64,000 bases of DNA from Octopus sinensis (lineage: Eukaryota). Positions 37,923-52,313 of the stretch are shown here, piece by piece; the stretch's first letter is position 1; every line of letters begins with the position of its first letter. The DNA is taken from contig NC_043010.1 of assembly GCF_006345805.1 (NCBI RefSeq), positions 4,154,001-4,218,000 on the forward strand, given 5' to 3'. The notes under the pieces were generated by a model. It ran no database searches. It was not told where the DNA came from and worked only from the letters and a program-made list of their open reading frames with translations. The position numbers and the translations under genes are program-made.

Positions 37923-40900
37923 TAGGAAAAAACAAAAACAAAATAAAGCTAAAAAATTATCAGCAGTTCTATCTAAAACAGAAATGTGTTTCAATCACTG
38001 TATGATATTACAGCTAACTAATGGAAAACATTTTAAATCTCTTATTAGTAGCTTTTTTTAAAAACTTTTTTTCTTTTTCATCAGTAATATATGAATTTAC
38101 ACTATTATTGTCTTAGGTGCAGTGTACCACTAGAGGTACCAGATTTTGAAAGGTTTCTTTTGAGTAGTATGGAAACCATATATTTTAAAGGGTCAGGAGA
38201 AAGTGGAACATATGATCTTTGTTTATTTCTGAGATACATTACTGGTGTAAGAGAAATGGTATATTTTCAACTGAAATTGGAAACTGTATTGGAAGTTGAG
38301 TATATTTTGCTCAACACACTTTAGCAGTGCATTGACAAAAAATCATCAGAATTTGAAGCTGGATAGGGCTGCATGTGGGGGAATGCAAGCATGGCTCCAT
38401 GATAAGGGCTTATTCTTAACAATCACTTGGTTATGGGATCAACCTCACTATGCACTGCCTTAGGCAAATGTTTCTCAATATAGCTTTGGGGTGATAAGTC
38501 AGTGCCGTGTATGTGTATGTGTGTGTGTGTGCCTGTGTGCATCCCTGTGTGTGTGAATATGCACACACCACACACACATGCACATATATATATTAAAATA
38601 AAAATGATTGTAAACATATATTTTGCTGGTGTATATTAATGAAAATTATAAATATTAACAAGAAACTCATTAAACCAGTACTTTCATACAAAAACACATC
38701 TCATTGTTTGTTCTGCACAAGTTTCGCTGACACTCCCTTATCCACCTCACTGTCATATATGGCATGAATCAATCATTGGCCCATTGGAAACTTGTAATCT
38801 GTGAGACTGTTGCACTTCACAAAATGCAATTGAAAATAAATAAAGTAGTGAATTGATTTCATTCAATCACCTATGCAGTATTCCAGTCTTATGGTTGAAA
38901 ATATCTGGAGAGAACTAGATAAAATGCATTGAAGTTTTTAAGCTTTATTTCATGCAGCTTTATCTATCGCCAAATATTGTTGATACTGAATTCACAGTCA
39001 TCCATGTTTTGTTGATAAATTAAGCATTAGAGTCAAGACTATTGAAAAGGTTGCAAGACGCAATAAAAATTTTAGGAAAATAGAAATAAGAAATGAGTGG
39101 AAATTTTACCGGTGAGTGTGTTAAATTATAAGGCACAAAAAGAAAATGGCTCTCCTCAGACACAACAGAATATGCTTCAATACACGAACTCATATAAAGA
39201 ATCTTGCAAACCAAATCCAAAAACGAAATAAGCATTAGTGATTTATTACAAAATATATTCTCCTCTGATAAACAGTTAATCTTAAACCTAGTATACAATA
39301 GCATTCTTCAAAAGACAAGCAAGAAGTACTCAGGAATTAACGATAATGTTTAAGATTAACAAGAGTCTTCATAGTTAACAATAATACTTATTCAATAGTA
39401 ACATATGGTGTGTGAAAATTTCCAAATAATATTTAAAGACCCTAATATTGTGATTTTTGGTAATATTTCTGTCTGACCTTATAAGTAATTTTCAAAATAA
39501 CCTTACAGAATTGACTGGGTATCATTCCAGGTGTTGATCTCATATGAAAGGAACATACCTTAACAGGTAAGTCAGTGTAATATTTTTGTTTTTTGTTTTT
39601 TTTTGCTAATTTGGGAACAACAATATAATCGTTTAGTATTATGCTTGATACAAATAAAGCACTCTGTACAAACATATGAAGTATATATAAAACAATATGA
39701 GCAAAGATGCCTAGCACACTTTTTTGTGCTTAACAATCATTTAGGCCATATATCTCTACTTGTCCAGTGGTATTATGGAAAATATAATCTTAAAATTACA
39801 TACAAGAACTTCTGTTACTGTCAATAACTCTTTGACAGTAGACGTGAATAATCTCAACTTAAGGCATATATTTTGGAAATGTTAAGAAAAACATCTTTTT
39901 GTAGAAAATCAAGAAAACAAATTTGTTTAGTGAGATGCAATGTGCAATGAGCTTGACTCATCAACAATATGGATGAAGTGGGTATGAAGTTGGGTGGTGG
40001 AAATGAAAATTAGAACAATGAGAGAAGGATGAAAGGTTAAGAAGACAAAGAAAAGGAATTTAAGCTGAAGCAATTCCATCCTTGTACATTTGGTCCAGTG
40101 AAGGTGATAGTTCTTGGTTCCACAAGTAGTTTTTGAGGTATCTATATTGCTTAAATATCTCTGATCTGGTGTTTAGATAGAGGTATTGGTTATTAATAAT
40201 TTTAAGGATTCCCCTTTTCTCTGCCATATACAAATAACTTTACTTTCATTCTTACTTTCATTTTCAATGAGTTTTCAATAAATATTTTGAAACTCTTTTC
40301 TTAATTGCCATATGTGGTCAACTAATTTGTTAGCGTTCATTTTTTATGTGTCTAAAGGAGAAAGTACAATTACAAACTTTGCTTAAATTCACATGTATCT
40401 ATGTAGCATTTACATACTACTTCTAAGTTGAGCTCTATAGATGAGATCGCTGTCTCATAAGTTACGTCTATACTTGTAGGATTTTATCTACTGAGTATGT
40501 GTTTGCAATCCTGAATAAGCATGTGGTTTCAGTTTTGCTGACGGTTGTGTGTGCTAAAATTATGTTGTGTTTTTGTGCATGTGCACAAATGCAAGTGTGT
40601 GCATACATACACACACACATGCATGCACACGTGTGCATGTGCACACACACACACACACACACACAGTTGATGATTCGTTATTTGATATTTCAAAAATCTG
40701 AAAACATCAAAAATCCCAAATTTTTCAATCGAACCAGAATCACAAATGGAAAATTGAAGACAGCCACTGACAGATACTGAATTTTCCATCTGCATATTTA
40801 AAAAAAAAATTTTTTACTCATTTAGATTTAAATAGCTTTTAAAAACGTATCATACAGTTGGAAATTTGATTTGTGAAAATTATTTATATTGTCTGATCTA

Positions 40901-41813
40901 TCTTATAAATGCTTTACACTTAGTCTAGTGAGCTTAAAATATATATGTGTGTATATATATATATAATATATATATATATTATATATATCTCAGCATCATC
41001 ATTATCATCAGCTTCCCATGCTTGGATGGGTTGGATGGGTTGACCAGAGCTGGCAAGCTGCACCAGGTGCTGGTCTGATTTGCCTTGGTTTCTACAGCTG
41101 GTTGCCTTTCTTCATGTCAACCACTTTGTAGTGTGTGTTGAGTGCTTTTGACATGGTACCATATGAGCAGTTTTACGTGGCACCACCACAATTTCTTTTT
41201 ACATGGCACCAGCACAGGACCCTTACAGGCCTATCCTCTTCAGCAGGGTAAGTGGCCTTAACAATTCTGCAATGGAGGATGGGTCTTCTTGTTTGCAGCA
41301 AGGCACCAGGTATATTGGTCCTTATATAAATGCATGGTTGTGTTTGACTGTGGTTGAGAAATTTAAAGTTTTTAGGTTCCCACTATGTGCAACTTTGGAT
41401 AAATGTTTTCTAAAACAGACCCAGGTCACCAAAATCTTGTGAGTGGATTTGGTTGATGGAAACTTAAAGAAGGGCATTCTTTGTATTTACCTGTCTTCAT
41501 GTTGTAAATGAATGCAACTGTCATACAAGCAGTGTCATTTGTTTTCTACATTCTCGATAAACATACCTGGCCATGTAGATATTGGAGAAATATTAATTTG
41601 CTTGGAAGCAGGTGAGAGTTTGCAATAGCAAGGACCTCCTGCCATAGAAATTCTGCCTCATTAAACTTTGTCTGACCCATGCAAGTATGGAAAAGTAGAT
41701 GTTAATGAGATGCATATGTGTGTATATGTGTGTATATGTGTGTGTATGTGTGTGTGTGTGCATGTATATATATTTATATACATACGCATAAACACACACA
41801 TATATATACACAC

Positions 41814-41853
<40 letters not shown>

Positions 41854-41895
41854 TATGCATATATTTATTTATATATGTATAAATTTATATATGTA

Positions 41896-41931
41896 TGTCC
41901 GACGAACGGGAATGTGAAACTCTGAGTAACA
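41896..41931 (+). ncRNA. Minimal hammerhead motif with CCGACGA core
   Basis: ugu-CCGACGA-ac(gggaau)gu-GAAA-CUC(u)GAG-U-A-aca, embedded in TA-rich repeats. Confidence 0.55.
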
Positions 41932-43103
41932 GCTTTTGTTATATTTCTGCTGCTTTTAAATAAAGTATATGTATACATATATATTTATATATATAAATAC
42001 ACACATACATATAAATACACATACATGCGGTAGAATACTCGCCTGCCATGATGATGATATACATATATATATATATAAGTACACACACACATGCTATATT
42101 GAACTAGTAAGCTGCCTCATCTCCAGATAACCAAACTCAATGCATCTGTCACTTTGACTAAAATCATCACTACATTTTCCCACCTTACAAAAATGTCGCA
42201 GAATCATTATTTGTGTCATTCTTTCAGCCCTTAGAAACTTTTTTCTTTATATTTTTCACCTATCAAACTATCAAACTAGAGAAGTTCAAGTTGAACAAAT
42301 AACCTCACTAAATCCTGGAAAGAAACTGTTTAGCTCTCCATAAATATTTCTTACCACTCACAATCACCATAACTTATTTAATAAAAACACAATTTCAAAG
42401 ACTGCTTCAGGTGCACGTTTTACAAGGACAATATAATAGAATAATAAAAAGACAAAATAAATAGATAAACAAAAATAAAAACTAAACGAAAACTTTTCAT
42501 GATTGTACAAAAGATCTAAACACCTCATAATTTAAGTGTAGCTATAAAATTTCAAACGACTGTCCACTTTGTGGTGAATATTTAAGAAAAGGTATTGTCT
42601 CTTGTGGCATAGTAACAGTAAATGATGGCAAAAAAGAACGCTATAGAGAACTCATAGAAAACACATTTAAATTCCATTATTCACATCATACTAGCTTTTT
42701 CTGAAGCATACATAAGAATAATGTGACAGCTTTGACGAAGCATATTTCATCAATAAATGAAAATGGTGAATATAATATTGAAATAAAATGGATGCATTAT
42801 AGAGTCTGCCAAAGTACACTGGAGGCCCAAAGAAATGTGAATGTGATGCTTGGCTGGAAAAAACATTATATATATATATATGTGTGTGTGTGTGTATCCA
42901 TGCAAAATTACAAATTACTAAGGAAAGAGGAAAAATTAATATCAAAATGCAAACATGTAAACAAGTATTGCCTCAAGAATTTCAAAGACTTACAGCCAGA
43001 TTGACATCCCATAATCAGAAAAAGAAAATAACTATGTATATATATGTATATATATATATATATATATACATATGATGATGATGATGATGATATATATATA
43101 TAT

Positions 43104-43151
<48 letters not shown>

Positions 43152-43154
<3 letters not shown>

Positions 43155-43418
43155 GATCGCGGTTTCGATTCCCAGACCAGGCGTTGTGAGTGTTTATTGA
43201 GCAAAAACACCTAAAAAGCTCCACGAGGCTCCGGCAGGGGGTGGTGATCCCCGCTGTACTCTTTCACCACTCTTTCTTTCACTCTTTCTTCTGTTGGCCT
43301 GCTCACTTAGCCAGCGGGGTGGCGTCATTCGAAGGCTAAAACAATGCGAATGCATAGTGACCAGTGATGTGTAACTACATCTGATGGACTGGTCGGTCAC
43401 GTGTGTGTGACGTGTGAT
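43152..43418 (+). mobile_element. SINE family C, 5'-truncated
   Basis: GGTTTCGATTCC B-box; the body matches 2276-2554 and the 3' part matches 54909-55003. Confidence 0.75.
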
Positions 43419-43698
43419 ATCATCATCATCATCATATATATATATATATATATATATATTACATGGCAAACATGTTCAATATAGCTTTATAACATGCAGT
43501 GAGTTACTATAGTAGTTTAAGTCTAACTTCAGCATGCTCATCATTTCTCTCTTGTCTATGTACATATATGTATAGCTATCTATGTGTCTGTCTGTCTAAT
43601 ATATGTATTTGTCTATTGGATTCTAACACCAGGTTTACAATACTGCTATGCAAAAGCAAACTAATAATAACAATAACAATAATAATAATAGCAATAAC

Positions 43699-43753
<55 letters not shown>

Positions 43754-43760
43754 TAATAAT

Positions 43761-43795
<35 letters not shown>

Positions 43796-45947
43796 CATCA
43801 TTGTCATAATCATTCTAATGTCCACTCTTCCATGTTTGCATGAATACACATACATGCAGGTACCTATACACACTTATATATATATAAATTTAGATATTTA
43901 TGTGAGTGTGTGCATACATGCATACATGCTGGTCATATGAACCTCCTATTGTTTGACCAAATGGATGACTTCCTCATCGAATTGGCATGTGGAGTGGGTG
44001 AGCACTTCACAGACAATTGCCCAAGATGTCCTGTTATAGGACTTCATGGTCAGGAAGCTAACCACTCATCCCTGAATGTGATGTGTGTGTGTATGTGTGT
44101 GTGTGTATGTGCATGCATATATATATATATGTATGTATTTGGAGTGTTTTGGAAATTCCTTGATACAGTTATGATATTTGGAGAGAAGATTTTTTTCTCA
44201 AAGAGTTAAGATTAAGGAAAGAACATTTTTAAAAAGTCGATATGTATGTATCATCATTTAGCATCCATGTCCGATGCTGGCATGAGTTAGACTATTGACA
44301 TGGGCAGGATGGTCTGCTGGCATGGGTTGAAATACTGGTAAGGGATGGCCAAAGGAAATGTGTTTCCATGCCAGCAATCAAACATGGGCTGATTGGATGA
44401 ACATCAGGAATCCTAGCCACTAGACCACATATACACATATTTATATATGTGTATATGCATGAATATGTACATATAAATGCATGTGAATGTCTGTCTGTTT
44501 GTCTCTGTGTGTGGGTGTATAAATCCTGAATAATGAACCTAATCTTCCTCAGAGTAAACTTTAATGCCATGCTCATTACACTATTGGTTTCCTTTTAATT
44601 TGGCCTTTCTTATGTGAGAACTCTAATTACACTGTGTAGCACGATATTTTGTCCTTGGGTAGCTACTGTTATTTCCTATTTGTTTACCCCCAGACAATAT
44701 GAAAAATGGCTAATATTTCCTTTAAACTTTGCTTTTGTGTTAAGTTTATTCAAACCCCAAAGAACCCTTCTCAACACATGGACCTGTTCATGATCAGAGA
44801 TGCACATATAGCCAGCAACAAATAGACATGCTCAAGTAGTTGAGGGCGAGCAATTGACAAACAGTTCTATGGTATTGAGCAGAATATTTACTATTATGAT
44901 ATTTCTGCTTGAGCAAATCAATGCTGAAGCTATCTGAAATGTAATGGAAAATAGGTCAGTTTTGAATCATTGATGTCCAAGATGCAAAAGCAAAGTTTGA
45001 ATGGAATAGTAGTCATTTCCTTTGATTTCTAGATAGAATCAAATAGGAAATAACATTTACAGGCTAACAACAAAGAAAAACTAAAAGAAATTTTGTCACA
45101 GTTATTCCTTTATAGTTTATTTTCTTTAAAGTAGAATTATATGTTCTGGTTAATCTAATGTTTGTCAACAAAAAGTTTCATCGCTCAACTCAAAGATCCT
45201 AAAATATGTTGTAAGTTGGTTCCTTTAAAAGCACTGAGTGTCCTGGTACGTTGGATGGGGTGTTCCCACTGACATCATATGCGATGACAGAGATTTATCA
45301 TAATTGATCAGTCCAAAACCAAATGAGAGTATAAAAGAGACCAATATCATTACATAAGTTAAGGGGGGGAGAAATGCGAATATTCAATGCATGCAGCTAC
45401 ATGGATGATTCTAATGAAAGGTGGTGGTGGTGGTTTCATTGAGAACATGTGATATCAAGTTGCGAGTATTGTACTACAACATGTTGTGCCATATGTTTTG
45501 GTCCCACTCCACACACACACACACGCATTGAGGAATGGGCCTTTGTCAGGTTTTATGATGTAGGTTCAGTCGTTCAGTTAGCTGAATTTACAAGCACATC
45601 CAATTAACGTAGTTTGTTCTGCCTTCTTCAGACCCATGTGCTCTTAAACTGATTCCCAGGTAGAACCTTCTGGTAGAATCTTCCCAGGTAGAATGACATA
45701 GTGAATGACAAGATTATACCTTTGATGGGCTTTCCATCTGATGGGCTTCTCTGCTGTCTCTGGTTCTCCAGTTTTATTCCTATGGTGTGAACCAACTAAT
45801 GTGACAGAAAATGTTACTTGCCCAAAATGCTACGCAATGGCTCATAGCTGGGATTTCATGATTGTTAAGTGAAATTCTTAATTATTTTATGTATGTGCAC
45901 GTGTGTGTGTGTGAGATGGGTGGGTGGGGATACATGTGCATGCATTA

Positions 45948-46119
45948 TCTTCTTTTACTTGTTTCAGTTACTGAACTGTGGCCATGCTGGGGTCTTGAAG
46001 AGTTTAGTCGAACGAATTGACCACAATGCCTATTTTCTAGTCTGGTAACAAGCTGCTAAATTACAGGACATAAACAAGCCAACACCGGTTTGCAAGTAGT
46101 GGTTGGGGTCAAAGATATA

Positions 46120-46160
<41 letters not shown>

Positions 46161-46333
46161 GCATATATACGATGGGCTTCTTTCAGTTTCCATCTACCAA
46201 ATCCACTCACAAGGCTTTGGTCAGCCTGAGGCTATAGTAGAAGACACTTGCTCAAGGTGCTACGCAGTGGGACTGAACCCGGAACCATGAGGTTCATAAG
46301 CAAGCTACTTACCACACAGCCACTCCTATGCCT
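45948..46333 (-). mobile_element. SINE family A, inverted relative to most copies
   Basis: Reverse complement of the family A structure. Confidence 0.85.
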
Positions 46334-46685
46334 ATATATGTATTTAATTCTGAGGGATTCATTTTCTTTTACAGTAATTGAAAGCCCATTCCTGTTCTTC
46401 CCTTTTAGGTGATGTAGTAGCATAGGGAAAGATAAACTGAAATACCTAAGCATTTGTTTAATGACTACATTTTCATATACATGTGCATCCTTACACATAT
46501 ACATATAAGGACATACTTAATTAATATAGATTAAACTCTATCAAAAATTGGCTTATCAATTTGGTTGATTCCAGCTATTACACAGGTGACAAAAAAAACA
46601 AATAATATTACTAATTTATTTATACACATTCTGCAGTCACATACTCATCTGCAAACACACACACACAGACACAGACACAGACACA

Positions 46686-46721
<36 letters not shown>

Positions 46722-48439
46722 AACTCTTATTTACACTCACATTTATACACACATACACATGCTCTCTCACACGTACACAAATTCCTATCTATATACTTTG
46801 ATTATTTCAGAATAAATATTAATTCTAAGCTGCTTTACTGTTTATCACATCTTAATACTACATTTTCCTATATCTAATATCTTTCTTGTTCTTCAGGGAA
46901 TAATGAAGAGTTTTGTGAGGCAATCCATTAATTTACTAATGGTAAGGGTTAATGGCAAAAAAATAAGTTGATGACAATGATGATGATGAATGATTTTGGT
47001 GGTAGTTGGTAGGGGTGGTCATGATGACAGCGAGGAGTACTACGAGACAATGATGCTGATGATGAAGGGAGTGATAGTAGGGAATGAGGATGAGGGTTAA
47101 TGATGTCAATCATCGTTGCAAAAATTATTGTAGAGGCAACGACAAAAAAGGATGAAATAAAATGCATATTTCTGGCTGTTTGTATCATGCATGCAGGCAT
47201 GCATGCAAGCAAGCATGCATGCTTGCATGCACATACACTCGCAGAGCAGAAGCATATTGAACATAGACACCAAGACTGAAAGCAGAAGTAGATGATATAT
47301 CTAGCATGATGTTTTAGCCAAATAAAATAAAGTATATCTCATTCATGGATCACTTGGTTCATATTTCACAGAACCAACATTATATTATGTTGTAGGACTA
47401 AGTAGTTACCCCTAATATCCTAGACAAGCCTGACTTATTTTTAGGCTTACAGCACACATTTACACTCTTTATTATATGTGTGTGTCTTAGTGTATATATA
47501 TATATATATATTGTTTATACATATACATTATATATACACATGCTGTATGAGTGCACACACTTTTACATAAATTTTCAAATATGCTTCTATATCTATATCT
47601 GTCTGTCTCTATCTTCCTCTCTTCATATATAAATATATATATCTTTATATATAAATAAATGAAAGAATGGAGTCGATAAACATAGGATAATTCATTCACC
47701 TATCTTTATATATATATATATATATAATATATATATCTTTATATATATATATATATATATCTTTATATATATATGCGGACGTTAAACAATGATGATGATG
47801 ATGATGATGATGATGATATATATATATATATCTTTATATATATATATATATATCTTTATATATTTATAAATATATATATATATATATATATAATATATAT
47901 ATATATCTTTATATATATATATATATGTATATATATCTTTATATATATACACACACATATATATATGCATTTGTATATGCATGTGTGTGTATGTGTGTGT
48001 GTATGTTATATTTTAGCTTGTTATGTATGCTCATGAGCACATGTAATTCTTTTTACTTATATTCTCAAATGTATACATTTATGCATATATTCATATCCAA
48101 AAGGTGTAACAAGATACTTCTAATGATAAATGATATAAATTTAAGTCATCACTGTGATGTGTAATCAGATACACATAAAAAAAAAATATAAAAACAATTA
48201 TCTTGGACAGAAAATATGTGGACAGAAAATGAGGGATGGGTCTGGCTGGTTTTGCATCTAGTTGAAGACTTTATTGCAGACCAAACTCTGGCTTAATCAA
48301 CCATTCAACAGACGTGTGGCTTATAGCCATTATAGTCACATTATAATTCTGACTCAGGTAAGTCAGTTAGCCTGATTTGCATAATAATGCATTCATTGGC
48401 AGTGTGGGCTATTAATTAACTAATAATCTGCTAAACAGT

Positions 48440-48890
48440 ATTCGCTACAGAACAGCGTTGTTCGACTAGCAGTTCTGTGTGTGAGTGAGATATGGAAGAG
48501 CATCATGGAAATTGACAGAAAGCTAGATGTGTTCCACCAAAGATGCTTGAGAAGGATTCTGAGAATGTACTAATAAGACCCCATGACCAATGAAAGACAT
48601 TCTCGAGGGTTCCAATACCAGACCACGGAGCAAAATCATCACAGAAGGCAGATTAAAGCCAGCAAGTCTCATACACTAGGTACAAGAGCAAAACCATTCT
48701 AAAACCGTCTGGACACCGTCTGAGGGGAAAAGAGAAAGAGAGTGGAAGACCGAAAACTACGCAGCTCTGATCATTCTTAGCCAGCGTGAGAAAGGTCAAC
48801 ATCACATGGCTGGATGTAGAGAAAACTGCAGCCAAGGGAAAACTGGCATCGACTTGCTGCCCAGTGCGCCTGAGAGCACAGGTGGGACTG
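48440..48890 (+). mobile_element. Decayed RTE-clade LINE C-terminal fragment
   Basis: Translates as VRLAVLCVSEIWKSIMEIDRKLDVFHQRCLRRILR, followed by a GRPK-like motif. Confidence 0.7.
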
Positions 48891-49178
48891 ATTCTAATAC
48901 TGAAACAGCATCCAATTTATACTCTGAAATGTGAGGTATGTCTAATAAGGAACAATAGAAATTCTAACCATCACTGTAATCAGACAACATGTTGACAAAT
49001 GTAATTAGCTGTTTTTCTTTGTTTTTATCTCTGTGGATAGAAAGAGGTAGACTAGTTTTACAGTCTTTAGTGTATATTAACAAAGTGTATACATTACTAG
49101 ACATTCCAGATAAATCAACAAGCACTGTTTAGTACATCACTGATAAAAGCATGAACACACACACAAACACATAGCATA

Positions 49179-49209
<31 letters not shown>

Positions 49210-50833
49210 TGTGTGAGTTTTGGTTAATGCATGTGGGTGTATAATATATAAATATATGTATATGCTCGTGTATATACTCATGCACATGCTCACCTATATA
49301 TAAGGAGAGAAAGAGAGAGAGAGAGAGAGAGAAGGAAAGAGAGAAACTGATATGTGTGTGGATGTATATATGCATATATATATTCATATATATATATATG
49401 TGTATATATAAAATAGAAGATGCACATACACGCAGGTATTTAATAGATAGGTAGGAAGGCTGGATATATTTGAAGATATATTTCATAACTTAAGGAGCAG
49501 ATTTTATACATGCTTCCTCATGAGCTATCTAATCATAAGAAATATCTTGAAATAATCTTTCTCTGACAATCCACTGAATGAACACAGAACTCTGTTCAGA
49601 TACAAAATTCTTCAGATATTCATATAAATAACTACCATCAAGGCTGATTACATTGGCTCTTCACGTTTTTTTCTTCATCCTTTTCTCCTTTCAAATAGGA
49701 AATAAGCTCTTTGGAGATAGGGTAAGCGGTGTCCTATTATTTTTATGGACATTGTATCAAATATCATTTAGCTTACAGAAATATAAAAGAAAGAGCGTAA
49801 ATATTGGATTTTATCATTTCATACAATTTCAGGTACAGAGAAAGAGCAAAGAAAAAAATTTCTATTTTGAAGGTTTTGTGGTTCAACTAATCATAAAAGT
49901 GGAGGAAAAAAATGCAAGCAAATTTGCAGTGTGAAGGCATCGTAGATGAAGATAAGAATAAAATAAGAAAACTACATAAAATCGCAGAAAATAGAGGTTC
50001 TTTAATTTCGTTCTGATCTGGAAAATTATTTTAAGTCAAGTTGATTCATCACACGAAACAGCTTTTTATCTTTGCCTCTTTCTAATTACATACCTCTTCC
50101 ATTCTCTGTATAAGAATATGTAGAGTTCTTTCAGTTATGTGCATGTGTGTGCATGTTTCTATGTGAGTGTGTGTTTTAGTGTGTGTGTGTGTCTGTGTGT
50201 ATGTGTGTCTGTGTGTATTTATTTATATATATATATGTATGTATGTATCTAAATATATGTATAGATATATGTATGTACATACATTTGAATATCATACATG
50301 TATATATATTTATATACTTTTGTAAATGCTTATGCACACATACACACACACAAAAAAGCACACACATGTATGTATGTGTGTGTGTGTAAGAGTCCATATA
50401 TATATATATATATACACACATGCATGTTTGTCTGTCTGTCTGTCTATCTACCTATCTATTTATCTAGCTAGCTATCTTTCTATCTAGTTAGCTATTTATC
50501 TGTAGGCATGTGCAATTTCCCTATTCTCTTATTATCTGTTTTTTCTGTGTGTGTGTGTGTTTGATTTACACATACACACACACTCACATATAAAGATGAT
50601 GATGATGATGGACTCCTGCACTGACAATAACACGAACAGTTAGTTGTTAGTTCATATCAAAGATATTCTCATTGAATTGGAGGCTAATATGGCTGAGCAT
50701 TCCACAGACACATTAACCACTAAAATAATTTTCAAATTGAAGAATTGCAACACAGTGAGACAAGGCAGTTCCTTTGAATTAAAGCTATAGCAAATCTGAC
50801 AATCTACTCATCAGATCTTATCAACCTGCTTAA

Positions 50834-51056
50834 CCCTTTTGATACTAACCCACATGAAACTGCCTCTGGCTCAGAGTACAAATGTCTTGTTTTTAAAAGT
50901 TCTGATTTAAAATCTTCCACCAAACCTTAGTCACAATTAGCGTTCCTAACTCTAGCTTAATGATATAACTAAGTTATTTTACTAAATTCTTTGTTACATT
51001 AAAAATTAATTGAAAGAAACACAGAGCATCTCAACAGAAATATGGTAACAAAAGGG
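50834..51056 (-). mobile_element. piggyBac-type MITE, third copy
   Basis: TTAA|CCCTTTTGATAC ... GTAACAAAAGGG|TTAA; reverse complement of 19502-19718. Confidence 0.85.
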
Positions 51057-51599
51057 TTAACTCACAAGATTTGACAAAAGACATTTGCAGTAGATACCAT
51101 GCTATGGGATTGAAGAAAGGGGCTTTATATTTTTTTATGGCATTTTCATGGAGTTGAACTTGAAACAAATTTTGGTATATTTGTTGGCAACAATTCTGAA
51201 CAAATTAATATTCCTGAACCAACTGAAGAGTAGCATCATCATTTTTAAAGCTATTTCTCCAAAACGTTGTGAACAACATTATCAAATATAGGCAAAGCCA
51301 ATGATGGCTGTTGATACATTATATTTTGAAAGTCTAGTTTGTATCTTGCCTTTCAAATATACATCAGGCATGGATGTGGGAATGAACCTAAAGCTATATG
51401 TTTCAGGTACATTTATCTCAGTGTTACAACTTGATGTGTCTCCTGCTATAAAGTCTTAGGCTGACCAATTGTGCAACAGTCAACTTTGGAAAATGGAAAC
51501 TGTATGGAGGTTCATTATGTATATATGTACACACATGTATACATATACATGCATATATTCATACACACGTTCACACACACACACTCATATATATATATA

Positions 51600-51897
51600 C
51601 TAGCAGTATCACCTGGCGTTGCTCAGGTTTGTAAGGGAAATAACTATAAAGCATTTTTAGAGAGTTACTTCCCTTATATTTAAAAAATAGGCATTAAAAT
51701 GGAAAAAAATGATGGTAAATAATTTTTTAAATTGTAGACTCATCGTAGATGCGTGCTAATACCCAGAAGGGCTCGATATGAATCACGACTATAAGATACC
51801 CGGTTTTGGTTAAACTGCACCGCAAAATGTGGCAGTAGTTAGGAATCTAAATCGTAGGAGACAGACACTCACACAACTTCACTTTTATATATAAAGA
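51600..51897 (-). mobile_element. Non-autonomous Helitron
   Basis: A|TCTTTATATATAAAAG ... CCTGAGCAACGCCAGG ... CTAG|T on the minus strand. Confidence 0.7.
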
Positions 51898-51905
51898 TAT
51901 ATATG

Positions 51906-51939
<34 letters not shown>

Positions 51940-51997
51940 AGTGTGTGTGTGTGAACATGCATTTATGTGTATACAAAATAAATTTATATATATAAAT

Positions 51998-52028
<31 letters not shown>

Positions 52029-52249
52029 TCTCACACATATATATATATATATATATATGTATGTATTAAAAACACTGAATGGAACATTCTAAGTGCATCT
52101 GGATGCCTAACTGCGATGGATCATCAGGGTAACATTATTACATTTCGTTACAGAGATCTAATATCTGAAGTCAGACACATGGCAAGGTAATTCATAAACA
52201 TTTAGAGAAGGAATCAAAAAGAACATGTCTGTATGCGTGTCGTTGTGTG

Positions 52250-52313
<64 letters not shown>

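Noticed and set aside
47630-47950. Spaced ATCTTTATAT units, superficially array-like
   Set aside because: Degenerate (TA)n minisatellite with no unique spacers; not CRISPR-like, and the context is eukaryotic.
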